Shown piece by piece: positions 1 to 9,826 of a stretch of DNA of 64,000 bases (within the stretch, counting starts at the first letter, position 1; each line of letters opens with the position of its first letter). The notes beneath the pieces were generated by a model. It was given only the letters and a program-made list of their open reading frames with translations, had not been told where the DNA came from and ran no database searches. Origin of the DNA: Candidatus Parcubacteria bacterium. GTDB lineage: Bacteria; Patescibacteriota; Patescibacteriia; Patescibacteriales; UBA12075. The position numbers were made by a program, and so were the translations under genes. The stretch spans positions 29,006 through 93,005 of the forward strand of contig PKTK01000001.1 in assembly GCA_002869165.1 (NCBI GenBank). Reading direction: 5' to 3'.

Positions 1-2379
1 GACAGAATGAGTACGGCTGATATTTCTACTCTTTCACCAAGTAAGCTTATTAATGCACGACCAGTTATTTCAGTGGTAAAGGAATTTTTCATGTCATCTC
101 AACTTTCACAGTTCATGGACCAGACCAATCCATTAGCGGAACTTGAACACAAAAGAAGGCTTAGTGCTATGGGACCTGGTGGTCTAACTAGAGAAAGAGC
201 TGGTTTTGATGTTCGTGATGTACATTCAACTCACTATGGTAGAATTTGTCCGATTGCTACTCCCGAAGGACCAAACATTGGTCTAGTGGGTCACTTGGCT
301 TCATATTCTCGTTTGAATAAATATGGTTTTCTAGAAGCCCCATTTAGAAGAGCAATTAACAAAGTTTCTAATGATGGTGAAACAGGGATTAATCATATCG
401 CCTCAGAAGATGTAGAGGATGCAAATGGAAAAGTTATTATCAAGGCTGGCGAAAAATTGGACAAAAAGAATTTAAAAAAAGCAGCGGAAAATAAAGAACT
501 TGAATTTATCAAAGTAATACCACTTGTCACAGATGAAATCGTTTACATGGATGCTTTTGAAGAAGAGAAATATATTACTACCTCATCTGTAACTCCGGTA
601 GATGAAAATGGTAGATTCATGATTGATAGATGTGAAGTTAGAAAATACGGTAAGCCTGATGTTGGCACAATAGCTAATATTGATTTTGTTGGTGTAGCAG
701 CCAATCAAATCATTTCTATTGCTACATCTTTGATTCCTTTCATGGAACATGATGATGGTCAACGTGCTTTGATGGGGACAAACATGCAACGTCAAGCGGT
801 ACCGCTTGTAAGAGCTGAGTCTCCAATTGTAGGAACTGGTATTGAAGCAAGAGCTGCCATGGATTCAGGTCATGTTGTTTTGGCAGGAGATGATGGTGAA
901 GTAACCAAGGTAGACGCAAGTTCGATCACTATTAAAACAAAGAACGGTAAAAATTTAACATACGAACTCACAAAATATTTAAGATCAAATGCTTCAACTT
1001 GTATTAATCAAAAACCAACAGTTGATGTAGGTGACAAAGTTGAAAAGGGGCAGGTTATTTCTGATGGTCCTTCTATTGATAATGGTGAACTTGGCCTGGG
1101 TAAAAATGCTTTGGTAGCTTTTATGACTTGGGAAGGATTTAACTATGAGGACGCAATCATTATTTCAGAAAGACTTGTTAGAGATGATGTTTATTCATCT
1201 ATTCACATTGAAGATTATACAATTGATGTTCGTGACACCAAGCTTGGTCCTGAACTTGTAACCAGCGATATTCCAAATATTGGTGAAGAAAAATTAAAAG
1301 ATTTAGACGAAAAAGGTATTATTAGAATTGGAGCAGAGGTTTCCTCAGGTGATATTTTGGTTGGTAAGATTACTCCAAAAGGTGAGACTGAATTGAGCGC
1401 TGAAGAAAAATTACTTCGAGCTATCTTTGGCGAAAAAGCAAAAGATGTTAGAGATTCATCACTATATTTAGAGCACGGTGAATACGGTAAGGTAGTTGAT
1501 GTTAAGATTTTCTCTCGAGAGGATGGTGACAAACTTTCAGCTGGAGTTCTACAATCAATCCAAGTTACGGTTGCTAACCTTAGAAAGATTCAGTCAGGAG
1601 ATAAGATGGCTGGTAGACACGGAAACAAAGGGGTTATTTCTAAAATCGTCCCAGTTGAAGATATGCCATATTTAGAAGACGGTACACCTATCGATATTAT
1701 CCTTTCACCACTTGGTATTATATCTCGTATGAATCTAGGGCAACTTCTAGAGACTCATTTGGGTTTTGCAGCAAAAAAACTTGGCTACAAGGTTGCTACC
1801 CCGGTGCTTAATGGCTTAACCGAGAATCAGATCAAAGAAGAATTAAAGAAAGCTGGGCTTCCTGAAAATGGTAAAGTAACTTTGTTTGATGGAAAAACAG
1901 GCGAGAAGTTTGATAATCCAGTAACAGTAGGATATAAGTACATGCTTAAACTTAACCATATGGTTGATGATAAGATCCACCAAAGATCAATTGGCCCATA
2001 CTCATTAATCACCCAACAACCTTTGGGTGGTAAAGCTCAGTTTGGTGGACAAAGATTTGGAGAGATGGAAGTTTGGGCACTTGAAGCGTATGGAGCTAGC
2101 CATACTCTACAAGAGATATTGACCATTAAGTCAGATGATGTTGCTGGTCGAAGCAAGGCTTATGAATCAATTATTAAAGGTGAGCCAATTAAAAAGCTTA
2201 ATGTTCCAGAATCATTTAATGTGTTAGTTAGAGAGCTAAAAGGTCTTTGTTTGGATGTAGAATTGCTTGGCGGACAAAAAGATATTAAAGAAGATGAAGA
2301 AAAATCAGTTGAAGACAATAAGACAGAAGTGAAAGAGACAGAGGATAAGAAAGACGAAGGAAAGAAAAATGAAGAATAA
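1..2379 (+). CDS. rpoB: DNA-directed RNA polymerase beta subunit, C-terminal ~790 aa (5' end lies outside the window)
   Basis: Frame is open from base 1. Motifs [37 protein letters not shown] and KSDDVAGR are present. Acidic/Lys-rich C-terminal tail. Confidence 0.97.
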   Translation, partial: DRMSTADISTLSPSKLINARPVISVVKEFFMSSQLSQFMDQTNPLAELEHKRRLSAMGPGGLTRERAGFDVRDVHSTHYGRICPIATPEGPNIGLVGHLASYSRLNKYGFLEAPFRRAINKVSNDGETGINHIASEDVEDANGKVIIKAGEKLDKKNLKKAAENKELEFIKVIPLVTDEIVYMDAFEEEKYITTSSVTPVDENGRFMIDRCEVRKYGKPDVGTIANIDFVGVAANQIISIATSLIPFMEHDDGQRALMGTNMQRQAVPLVRAESPIVGTGIEARAAMDSGHVVLAGDDGEVTKVDASSITIKTKNGKNLTYELTKYLRSNASTCINQKPTVDVGDKVEKGQVISDGPSIDNGELGLGKNALVAFMTWEGFNYEDAIIISERLVRDDVYSSIHIEDYTIDVRDTKLGPELVTSDIPNIGEEKLKDLDEKGIIRIGAEVSSGDILVGKITPKGETELSAEEKLLRAIFGEKAKDVRDSSLYLEHGEYGKVVDVKIFSREDGDKLSAGVLQSIQVTVANLRKIQSGDKMAGRHGNKGVISKIVPVEDMPYLEDGTPIDIILSPLGIISRMNLGQLLETHLGFAAKKLGYKVATPVLNGLTENQIKEELKKAGLPENGKVTLFDGKTGEKFDNPVTVGYKYMLKLNHMVDDKIHQRSIGPYSLITQQPLGGKAQFGGQRFGEMEVWALEAYGASHTLQEILTIKSDDVAGRSKAYESIIKGEPIKKLNVPESFNVLVRELKGLCLDVELLGGQKDIKEDEEKSVEDNKTEVKETEDKKDEGKKNEE

Positions 2380-2531
2380 TTAATTATTTAATAATTTTTA
2401 AAATATCAAATCCTAAGCGCTAAATCCTAAATAAATAAAATTACCAAAATTCAAAAGTTTTAAACATTTAAAAATTTGAATTTTCAAAATTGTTTAGAGT
2501 TTAAATATTAGAGATTGGAAATTAAATAAAT

Positions 2532-3683
2532 ATGTTAAATCCAATAAAAACAACAGACTTTGATGCTATTAGACTCAAACTAGCATCACCTGATGAGATA
2601 AAAGAATGGTCTCATGGAGAAATTTTGCGACCAGAGACAGTTAATTATCGTACTCAAAAACCAGAAAAGGACGGTCTTTTCTGTGAAAAAATATTTGGCC
2701 CATCAAAAGATTGGGAATGTTATTGTGGTAAATATAAAAAAATTAGGTACAAAGGCATTGTATGTGACAAGTGTGGAGTTGAAGTTACTAGATCTATTGT
2801 TAGACGTGAAAGAATGGGGCATATTGAGCTAGTATCACCATGTACTCATATTTGGTTCCTAAGAGGACTTTCAAGTAAGATTGGTCTGATCTTTGGTCTT
2901 TCCATGCAAGCACTTGAAAAGGTTGTGTATTTTGCTAGTTTCATTGTTACAGATGTAAATGAAGAGTTAAGAGAAGCTACTCTAGAACAGATTAAAAATG
3001 AGTTTAAACAAAAGAAAAAACAAATTGAGTCAGAATTTACCAATCAATCAAAAGAGATCAAAAATAAAAAAGGTGCAATGATTAAAGAAGATAAGAGCGA
3101 GAAAGAAGTGGCTGAAGTTATTGAAAAGGAAGTTGAGATACTTGAAGGAGTAAAAGAGGAAAAATTAGCGAATTTGCAAGAAGCTTTTGATCAAGCACAA
3201 AGAGAGCTTAAGGACTTAAAACCTTTACTTATTATTTCAGAAAATGAATACCAAAATCTAAGTTTTAAATATGGACACATCTTCCAAGCAGGAATTGGAG
3301 CGGAAGCTATCAGACATTTACTTGAAAGAATAGATCTTGAAGAATCGATTAATCAAATGGAAGAAGAATTAGATGTAGTTATTGAAACGAAGAAAGAAAA
3401 GATTACTAGAAGACTTAAACTTTTTAAATCTTTGAAGGCAAACAATATCAGGCCTGAGTGGATGGTTCTTTCAACTATTCCTGTTATCCCTCCAGACCTA
3501 AGACCCATGGTAGCTTTGGATGGTGGACGTTTTGCTACTTCTGATCTTAATGATCTATATAGAAGAGTGATTAATAGAAATAATCGTCTAAAACAACTAA
3601 TTGATTTAAATGCTCCAGAGGTTATTAGAAGAAATGAAAAGCGTATGCTTCAAGAAGCAGTAGATGCTTTGATTGATAACTAA
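2532..3683 (+). CDS. rpoC: RNA polymerase beta-prime subunit, N-terminal segment ending at an in-frame TAA
   Basis: Zn-ribbon [23 protein letters not shown] and the conserved [12 protein letters not shown] just before the stop at 3681-3683. Confidence 0.93.
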   Translation: MLNPIKTTDFDAIRLKLASPDEIKEWSHGEILRPETVNYRTQKPEKDGLFCEKIFGPSKDWECYCGKYKKIRYKGIVCDKCGVEVTRSIVRRERMGHIELVSPCTHIWFLRGLSSKIGLIFGLSMQALEKVVYFASFIVTDVNEELREATLEQIKNEFKQKKKQIESEFTNQSKEIKNKKGAMIKEDKSEKEVAEVIEKEVEILEGVKEEKLANLQEAFDQAQRELKDLKPLLIISENEYQNLSFKYGHIFQAGIGAEAIRHLLERIDLEESINQMEEELDVVIETKKEKITRRLKLFKSLKANNIRPEWMVLSTIPVIPPDLRPMVALDGGRFATSDLNDLYRRVINRNNRLKQLIDLNAPEVIRRNEKRMLQEAVDALIDN

Positions 3684-3728
3684 GCAAGACATGGTAAAAC
3701 TGTAATTGCCTCAACAGGTCAAAAAAGA

Positions 3729-6521
3729 ATGCTTAAATCTTTGGCGGATTCCCTAAAAGGTAAACAGGGTCGTTTCCGTCAAAATTTGCTTGGTAAGCGT
3801 ATTGATTATTCAGGTCGTTCAGTTATTGTGGTTAACCCAAAACTTAGCTTAGACCAATGTTGTTTACCTAAGATTATGGCACTTGAACTATTCAAACCGT
3901 TTATCATTTCAAAATTAATTGAACAAGAACATGTACACAATGTTCGATCAGCTTCTAGATTTATTGAAGCAGGCAATGATGTGGTTTGGGATATTTTGGA
4001 AGATATTATTAAAGGAGCCTATGTTATGCTAAATCGTGCTCCTACTCTACATAGATTGGGTATCCAAGCTTTTAAGCCAACTTTGATTGAGGGTAAAGCA
4101 ATCCAGATTCATCCTTTGGTTTGTTCAGCCTTTAACGCTGACTTTGACGGTGACCAGATGGCGGTGCATGTACCTTTGACTAAAGAAGCTGTAAATGAAG
4201 CTGCTAATATAATGCTTTCAAGCAAGAATATTTTGAAACCAGCTACGGGTGATCCAGTTGTAGCTCCTGGTCAGGATATTGTTTGGGGAGCATATTATAT
4301 GACCGATGAGTTGAATAAGGATAAAGATGACAAAGATTTGAAAGTATTTTCATCTACCATGGAGGCAATTTATGCTTATGAGATGAAAAATATAGCTTTA
4401 CAAGATCCAATCATGGCAAAAATTGAAGGCCAAGGTATAATCCGAACTACAGTTGGAAGAATTATTTTTAATGATATTTTACCTGAGAAGTTAAGATACG
4501 TAAACAAAGTTCTTTTGAAGGGTGACTTAAAAAGACTTGTTAGACAATGTTATAGGTATTATTCTCAAGAAGAAACAGTTGAATTCATTGATAATCTAAA
4601 AAAGAGAGCCTTTGCTTATATTACCAAGTCAGGACTTTCTTGGGGTATGGGTGATCTGCCAAAATTTGAAGAAAAAGATAAATTGATTGCTGATACGCAA
4701 AAGATGGTAGAAGAAATTCAAGAGCAATATGAAGATGGTTTGTTAACTGATACAGAAAGATATGCCAAAGTGATTGAGCTTTGGACAAATGTAAAAGAAA
4801 AAGTCACTGATATTTGCAAAAAGGGTCTACCAGTTGATGGACCAGTTTATTCTATGATCGAATCTGGTGCTCGTGGATCATGGGCTCAGCTTACTCAGAT
4901 TTTGGGTATGAAGGGTTTGGTAACCTCTCCAAGCGGTGATATTATCGAGTTGCCAGTAAAAGGAAATTTTAAAAAAGGTTTTGGAGTTCTTGAATACTTC
5001 ATTTCTACTCACGGTGTTCGTAAGGGTTTGTCTGATACAGCTCTTAGAACTGCTAATGCTGGATATTTAACTAGACGTCTAGTTGATGTTTCTCAGGATG
5101 TTATAGTTACTGATGAAGATTGTGGCGATGAGGAAGGCACATTGATTACCAAAAAGGAAGCAGATGAAATTGGTTATTCTATGTTAGATAGAATTTTGGG
5201 TAGATATATGGCCAAAGACTTAAAAAATGTCAAAGGAAAAGTATTAGCAAAAGCAGGAGATCTTATTACCGAGGATATTGCTGATGAAATAAAAGACGAA
5301 GAAATTGAAGAAGCATCTATTAGATCCGTCCTTAGTTGTAAAATTGCTAGAGGTGTCTGTAAAAAATGTTATGGTTGGGATCTTGGATATAATAAACCAG
5401 TTAAGATTGGAACAGCTGTTGGTGTAATTGCTGCTCAATCAATTGGTGAGCCCGGTACCCAGCTAACTATGAGAACTTTCCATACTGGTGGTGTAGCCGG
5501 TGCTGATGATATTACTCAAGGGCTTCCTCGTGTTGAAGAAATTTTTGAAGCCCGTCCGCCAAAGAGAAAAGCTCTTATTGCAGATGTGGCTGGAAAAGTA
5601 AAGATTGAGGTTGCTGAAAGAAATATTGAAGACGAGAAAGGCAAAACTCTCATAGTCAGTCCACAAAGCAAGATTTTGAGCATTGGCTTTAAAGGTGAGT
5701 CAAGTGATAAATATTACTTTTCAGAATTGATAAAAGAGACAAATCTAAAAAATACAGAAAAAGGTAATAAGAAGAAAAAATTAACCAAGAAAGATATCAA
5801 GGTTCAAGTAAAGGATGGTGACAAAGTAAAAGCCAAAGATGTAATTATCAAGATTGGTACAGAAGCAATTGAGGCTACAAAAGGCGGCGAGGTGTCAATA
5901 GATGATAAGGGTGTTAAAGTAAGTTATAAGAAGAATAATGTAAAAGAATTTATTGTTCCTAAGGGTATATCTATTTTAGTACAAGATGGTGAAGAGGTAG
6001 AGAAGGGAGATCAACTCACAGATGGTTCTATGGATTTACAGCAGCTTTTTTCTCTTAGAGGTAAACTTGAGACTCAGAAATACATTATCAAAGAAATTCA
6101 AACAGTGTATTCATCACAAGGACAACCCTTGAATGACAAACACGTGGAAGTTGTCGCTAGACAAATGTTTTCTAGATTTTTGGTGATTAATCCAGGCGAT
6201 ACTCAGGTTCTACCTGGCGAAATTGTTGAGAATTCAGTTATCGAAAGAGCTAATTCTGAACTTGATGCTAAAGGCAAGAAAGTTGAAGCTGACCGATTGT
6301 TGCTTGGTATTACTAAGGCATCGCTTACAACTGACTCATTCCTTTCTGCTGCATCTTTTCAAGAAACAGCTAGAGTATTGATTGAAGCAGCGGTTAGCGG
6401 AAAAGTAGATTACCTAGAAGGATTAAAAGAAAATGTTATAATTGGTCGTTTGATTCCTTCTGGAACTGGTTACCAGGGAAAACAAGAGAGAGCAGATTAT
6501 TCTGTGGACATCGAAGAATAA
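3729..6521 (+). CDS. rpoC: RNA polymerase beta-prime subunit, C-terminal segment (same frame as 2532..3683; homology resumes at 3684)
   Basis: KGKQGRFRQNLLGKRIDYSGRSVIVV, catalytic NADFDGDQMAVH, and trigger-loop/bridge regions. Codons 3684-3728 read ARHGKTVIASTGQKR with no stop. Confidence 0.93.
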   Translation: MLKSLADSLKGKQGRFRQNLLGKRIDYSGRSVIVVNPKLSLDQCCLPKIMALELFKPFIISKLIEQEHVHNVRSASRFIEAGNDVVWDILEDIIKGAYVMLNRAPTLHRLGIQAFKPTLIEGKAIQIHPLVCSAFNADFDGDQMAVHVPLTKEAVNEAANIMLSSKNILKPATGDPVVAPGQDIVWGAYYMTDELNKDKDDKDLKVFSSTMEAIYAYEMKNIALQDPIMAKIEGQGIIRTTVGRIIFNDILPEKLRYVNKVLLKGDLKRLVRQCYRYYSQEETVEFIDNLKKRAFAYITKSGLSWGMGDLPKFEEKDKLIADTQKMVEEIQEQYEDGLLTDTERYAKVIELWTNVKEKVTDICKKGLPVDGPVYSMIESGARGSWAQLTQILGMKGLVTSPSGDIIELPVKGNFKKGFGVLEYFISTHGVRKGLSDTALRTANAGYLTRRLVDVSQDVIVTDEDCGDEEGTLITKKEADEIGYSMLDRILGRYMAKDLKNVKGKVLAKAGDLITEDIADEIKDEEIEEASIRSVLSCKIARGVCKKCYGWDLGYNKPVKIGTAVGVIAAQSIGEPGTQLTMRTFHTGGVAGADDITQGLPRVEEIFEARPPKRKALIADVAGKVKIEVAERNIEDEKGKTLIVSPQSKILSIGFKGESSDKYYFSELIKETNLKNTEKGNKKKKLTKKDIKVQVKDGDKVKAKDVIIKIGTEAIEATKGGEVSIDDKGVKVSYKKNNVKEFIVPKGISILVQDGEEVEKGDQLTDGSMDLQQLFSLRGKLETQKYIIKEIQTVYSSQGQPLNDKHVEVVARQMFSRFLVINPGDTQVLPGEIVENSVIERANSELDAKGKKVEADRLLLGITKASLTTDSFLSAASFQETARVLIEAAVSGKVDYLEGLKENVIIGRLIPSGTGYQGKQERADYSVDIEE

Positions 6522-6542
6522 GACTATTTAAATAATAAAAAA

Positions 6543-6573
6543 ACAGAGCGCAGCAAAGCGCTCTGTTTTTTTA
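6543..6573 (+). terminator. Intrinsic terminator after rpoC
   Basis: acagagcgc / gcgctctgt stem followed by a T7 run. Confidence 0.85.
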
Positions 6574-6643
6574 TTATAAAGATTTCATTTACCTTTAATT
6601 TTTATTTAGTATTATATGAATATACTAAAATAAAATAAAAAGT

Positions 6644-6829
6644 ATGGAAGGAGAAAAAACAAAAGAGATACTTAAATATTCTTGGCGATGTGTAAAGTGC
6701 AACAACCATTTTGCAAATATTGAAAATATAAACGGTCAGATAATAGTAGAAAAGAAGTGTAGTAAATGCAAAAGCATAAACAAATTAATGTTACTTAACA
6801 ATGAAATAAGAATAAAATATGACACATGA
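6644..6829 (+). CDS. Small CxxC...CxxC zinc-ribbon protein, hypothetical
   Basis: 61-aa ORF with CVKC and CSKC pairs. No recognisable family. Confidence 0.35.
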   Translation: MEGEKTKEILKYSWRCVKCNNHFANIENINGQIIVEKKCSKCKSINKLMLLNNEIRIKYDT

Positions 6830-7119
6830 ATTACTGTAATTCGTATCGGGCATTAAAGTTTTTATACAAACATCCACGCCCTTAAATCAAAGTTATATTT
6901 GGCTTGTTTTAAGGGTGTTTTTTATTTGAAAATTAAATATTTATTAAAACAAAAAAATTATGCGAACAATTATAAAGGTCGATTTAAATAATTGTTACTT
7001 AATTAATATTGAAAATTAGTTGATCTTTTAAAAATAGAAATAAAAATAAAAAAAGTAATTATTAGAATTAATAAATTTGTTAAAAATATATAAATGTATT
7101 TAACAAAAAAAATAAACGT

Positions 7120-7851
7120 ATGAAAAAAATATTAACAATAGCAACCTTAGTTTTTCTATTTAGCTTGACAGTTACCCCTGCTTTAGCTGATGGAAATGAC
7201 ACGGTTTTAAACGAAAATTCAGCTGAAGTTATGAACGGTTCAATGGTAATGACCAATACTGGAGATAATTGGGCTGATGGCTCATATGGTGGTGAAGGAG
7301 GAAATGGAGGGGACATCAGAAATGGTAGTAGATCAAGAGATTACCATGGAGAAGTTCAATTATTGGGACCTGGACCAATGTTTTTTGATGGTGAAGATGG
7401 AGATGTAGAGGATTCAACCACAGGAAATGGTGGCGCTGGTGGAGATGCAGCTGAAGGAGGCACTGTGATCACTGGTGATGCTCATGCTGATTTGAGTGTA
7501 AGAAACGTAGTGAATAGTAATGATACTGAGATAAATCGATGTGCATGTGATGAAGACAATGATGATGGCAATACTAGAGTAAGAAATATTAACTTAGCCT
7601 TTTTAGGCAGCGGAGAATTTATAGCAGCTAATACTGGCTCAAATGATGCTGAAGGCTCTTATGGCGGTGAAGGTGGAAATGCCGGTGATATTTCAAATAG
7701 AGGTGAAGGAGATGTTGAGGACTCAACAACAGGCTCAGGTGCTAGAGGTGGAGCTGGCGCGGCTGGTGGTCTAGTTCAAAGTGGAGCTTCAACTGCTACA
7801 AGCGCTTTAGTAGATAGAATAAACGAAAACGTAACAAGAATAATGAGGTAA
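7120..7851 (+). CDS. Secreted Gly/Asp-rich repeat protein (paralogue of 7904..9049)
   Basis: Signal peptide ending in ALA-DG. Two repeats of NTGxNxAxGSYGGEGGNxGD...GDVEDSTTGxGGxGG, an RCAC motif, and a RINENVTRIMR C-terminus. Confidence 0.8.
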   Translation: MKKILTIATLVFLFSLTVTPALADGNDTVLNENSAEVMNGSMVMTNTGDNWADGSYGGEGGNGGDIRNGSRSRDYHGEVQLLGPGPMFFDGEDGDVEDSTTGNGGAGGDAAEGGTVITGDAHADLSVRNVVNSNDTEINRCACDEDNDDGNTRVRNINLAFLGSGEFIAANTGSNDAEGSYGGEGGNAGDISNRGEGDVEDSTTGSGARGGAGAAGGLVQSGASTATSALVDRINENVTRIMR

Positions 7852-7854
7852 TAT

Positions 7855-7892
7855 TAGAAGGGTCTATTCTTTTAAAAGAATAGACCCTTCTA
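7855..7892. terminator. Perfect 19-bp-arm palindrome between the two Gly-rich genes (hairpin, possible terminator)
   Basis: tagaagggtctattctttt / aaaagaatagacccttcta. No clear T-run follows. Confidence 0.45.
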
Positions 7893-7903
7893 AATAAAAA
7901 CAT

Positions 7904-9049
7904 ATGAAAAAAATAATTAAAATTGTATCTATCTTTAGCATGACTGCTATTGCTTTAGCTCTTCCATTTTATGCTTTTGCCGCTACTACTGATTGGGCTA
8001 GTTCTGTAACTAGTTTTAGTCAGGGAATGCAAAAGGGCGGAGCAGCTGTTGATGCTGGAAGATCAGACCCTAATGAAGCATTGGGTGCAAACGATGGTGT
8101 CTTTGTTTCACTTGGTTATGGAGGAGAATTAGTTCTCGAATTTCCCACCAAGGGAATGGGTAGTCTCATGATTGCAAGTTATGAGGTAACTGGTGGAACA
8201 TACCCAGAAGAAACAGCTGATGTTTATGTTAGTTCTGATGGTATTAGTTGGGACTTTGTAGGATCCGCTAGTAACGAAATGGGCGAAGATGATGGCATTA
8301 CTGAGATTGATGTAGTAGATGATATATGTATCAAATGGGTAAAATTAGTTGATACAACTGATGAAGCTCTACATAACGATTCTTCTGATGCTTATGATGT
8401 TGATGCTGTAAGTCTTACTTATGATGAAGAGTGTATTGAAGAAGAGAGAGGCAGTGATGGTAATGACACAGTGACAAATAACAATAGCGCTATGGTTAGC
8501 AACAATATTGTAATTGGAGCTAATACTGGTGGAAATTGGGCAGGAGGTTCTTATGGCGGTGAAGGCGGTGATGGTGGTGATGTTGTTAATGGTGATGATG
8601 GTGATGTAGAAGATTCAAACACTGGCAGAGGTGGAGCAGGTGGAGACGCTGCTGAAGGCGGCACCATAATTAGCGGTGATATTAGCATGGATTTAGAAGT
8701 AACTAATCGAGTTAATTATAATCTAACTGAAATTGATCGATGTGCTTGTAGCGGTGAAGGTGATGGCGATGTTCGAGTCAGGAACATTAATAGTGCATTG
8801 GTGGCCAATTCTACTTTAGCTATGGCTAATACGGGTCTAAACGATGCCGAAGGTTCTTATGGCGGTGAAGGTGGAGACGGTGGTGATATCATAAATAATG
8901 AAGATGGTGATGTAGAAGATTCAAACACTGGCAATGGTGGAAATGCTGGCGCCGGTGGAGCTGGAGGTTTTGTACAAACTGGTAACTCTGAAGTTAGAAC
9001 AAGCCTTGTAAATAGAATCAATGAAAATATCACTCGAATTATGAGATAG
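7904..9049 (+). CDS. Secreted protein: N-terminal beta-sandwich-like domain plus Gly/Asp-rich repeats
   Basis: Signal peptide. Same GSYGGEGGDGGD / GDVEDSNTG repeats, RCAC motif and RINENITRIMR C-terminus as 7120..7851. Confidence 0.8.
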   Translation: MKKIIKIVSIFSMTAIALALPFYAFAATTDWASSVTSFSQGMQKGGAAVDAGRSDPNEALGANDGVFVSLGYGGELVLEFPTKGMGSLMIASYEVTGGTYPEETADVYVSSDGISWDFVGSASNEMGEDDGITEIDVVDDICIKWVKLVDTTDEALHNDSSDAYDVDAVSLTYDEECIEEERGSDGNDTVTNNNSAMVSNNIVIGANTGGNWAGGSYGGEGGDGGDVVNGDDGDVEDSNTGRGGAGGDAAEGGTIISGDISMDLEVTNRVNYNLTEIDRCACSGEGDGDVRVRNINSALVANSTLAMANTGLNDAEGSYGGEGGDGGDIINNEDGDVEDSNTGNGGNAGAGGAGGFVQTGNSEVRTSLVNRINENITRIMR

Positions 9050-9133
9050 ATAGTCAGTTAAAAAGGTTTTTTAATAAACCTTTTTCTGGCCAGGGCTCGG
9101 AATAAAAGTTGCGGGCCTTGGTTAGTAAAAAAT

Positions 9134-9811
9134 ATGGATAAAATAATCATTATAACAATTTTAAATTTATTAATTTTACCAAATATTGCTTTGGCTGATA
9201 TTGTGGTGGAGAATTCGAACTCTAGCACAGTAACAAATAGCCTTGAGATTGTTGTTGATTCTGGTTCTAATATTAGCCAAAATAATTTTGAAGGAGAAAC
9301 TTCTGTAGATTTGAATATTGAAACTATTGTAAATGGTGAAAAGTTGATAGATAAAAAAATAATAGAAAGTAGTGAGGATGGGATTGATCTAAGCTATAAA
9401 AGCAGTTTAGAGATAAATCATGACAGTGAACCTCAAATAGAAGAAGAATTAATTATTCAGCCAACAGAAGATAACCAAGATCTAGATCAAAAGCCATCTT
9501 TAGAAGATGAGCCTAAGGTTTCGAGTGACACCGCTTCTCAAGTAAGTAGTAAAGAAGTTGTTCCTTTAATAATAAAAGAGAACGTATCAGAAGAAACGGT
9601 CGTAACAGAGACTGCTAATGAAGAAGAAGTGAATGTTGAAACAGCGGAGCCTCATGTTTGCGATTTTACTTGCAGTAGCGCAGAGAATGAAAACAAAGCA
9701 GAAGAAACACAAGCAGAGCCCAAAACCGAAACAAACAATTTTAATATACTAGTAACAATAGCTAATTATTTTGTGAATATTTTTTCAAAGTTTGTTAAAA
9801 TCTTCACCTAA
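9134..9811 (+). CDS. Secreted acidic protein, hypothetical
   Basis: Signal peptide. The N-terminal NSNSSTVTNSLEIVVDSGSN motif is shared with neighbouring genes. Glu-rich low-complexity middle region. Confidence 0.6.
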   Translation: MDKIIIITILNLLILPNIALADIVVENSNSSTVTNSLEIVVDSGSNISQNNFEGETSVDLNIETIVNGEKLIDKKIIESSEDGIDLSYKSSLEINHDSEPQIEEELIIQPTEDNQDLDQKPSLEDEPKVSSDTASQVSSKEVVPLIIKENVSEETVVTETANEEEVNVETAEPHVCDFTCSSAENENKAEETQAEPKTETNNFNILVTIANYFVNIFSKFVKIFT

Positions 9812-9826
9812 TAAAAAAATAAATAT

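Noticed and set aside
583-6000. Antisense or alternative-frame ORFs inside rpoB/rpoC: 583..795, 1215..1532, 1827..2012, 2614..2832, 2846..3043, 5244..5438, 5463..5666.
   Set aside because: They are fully embedded in strongly conserved genes, have low-complexity translations and lack an RBS. They are typical shadow ORFs.
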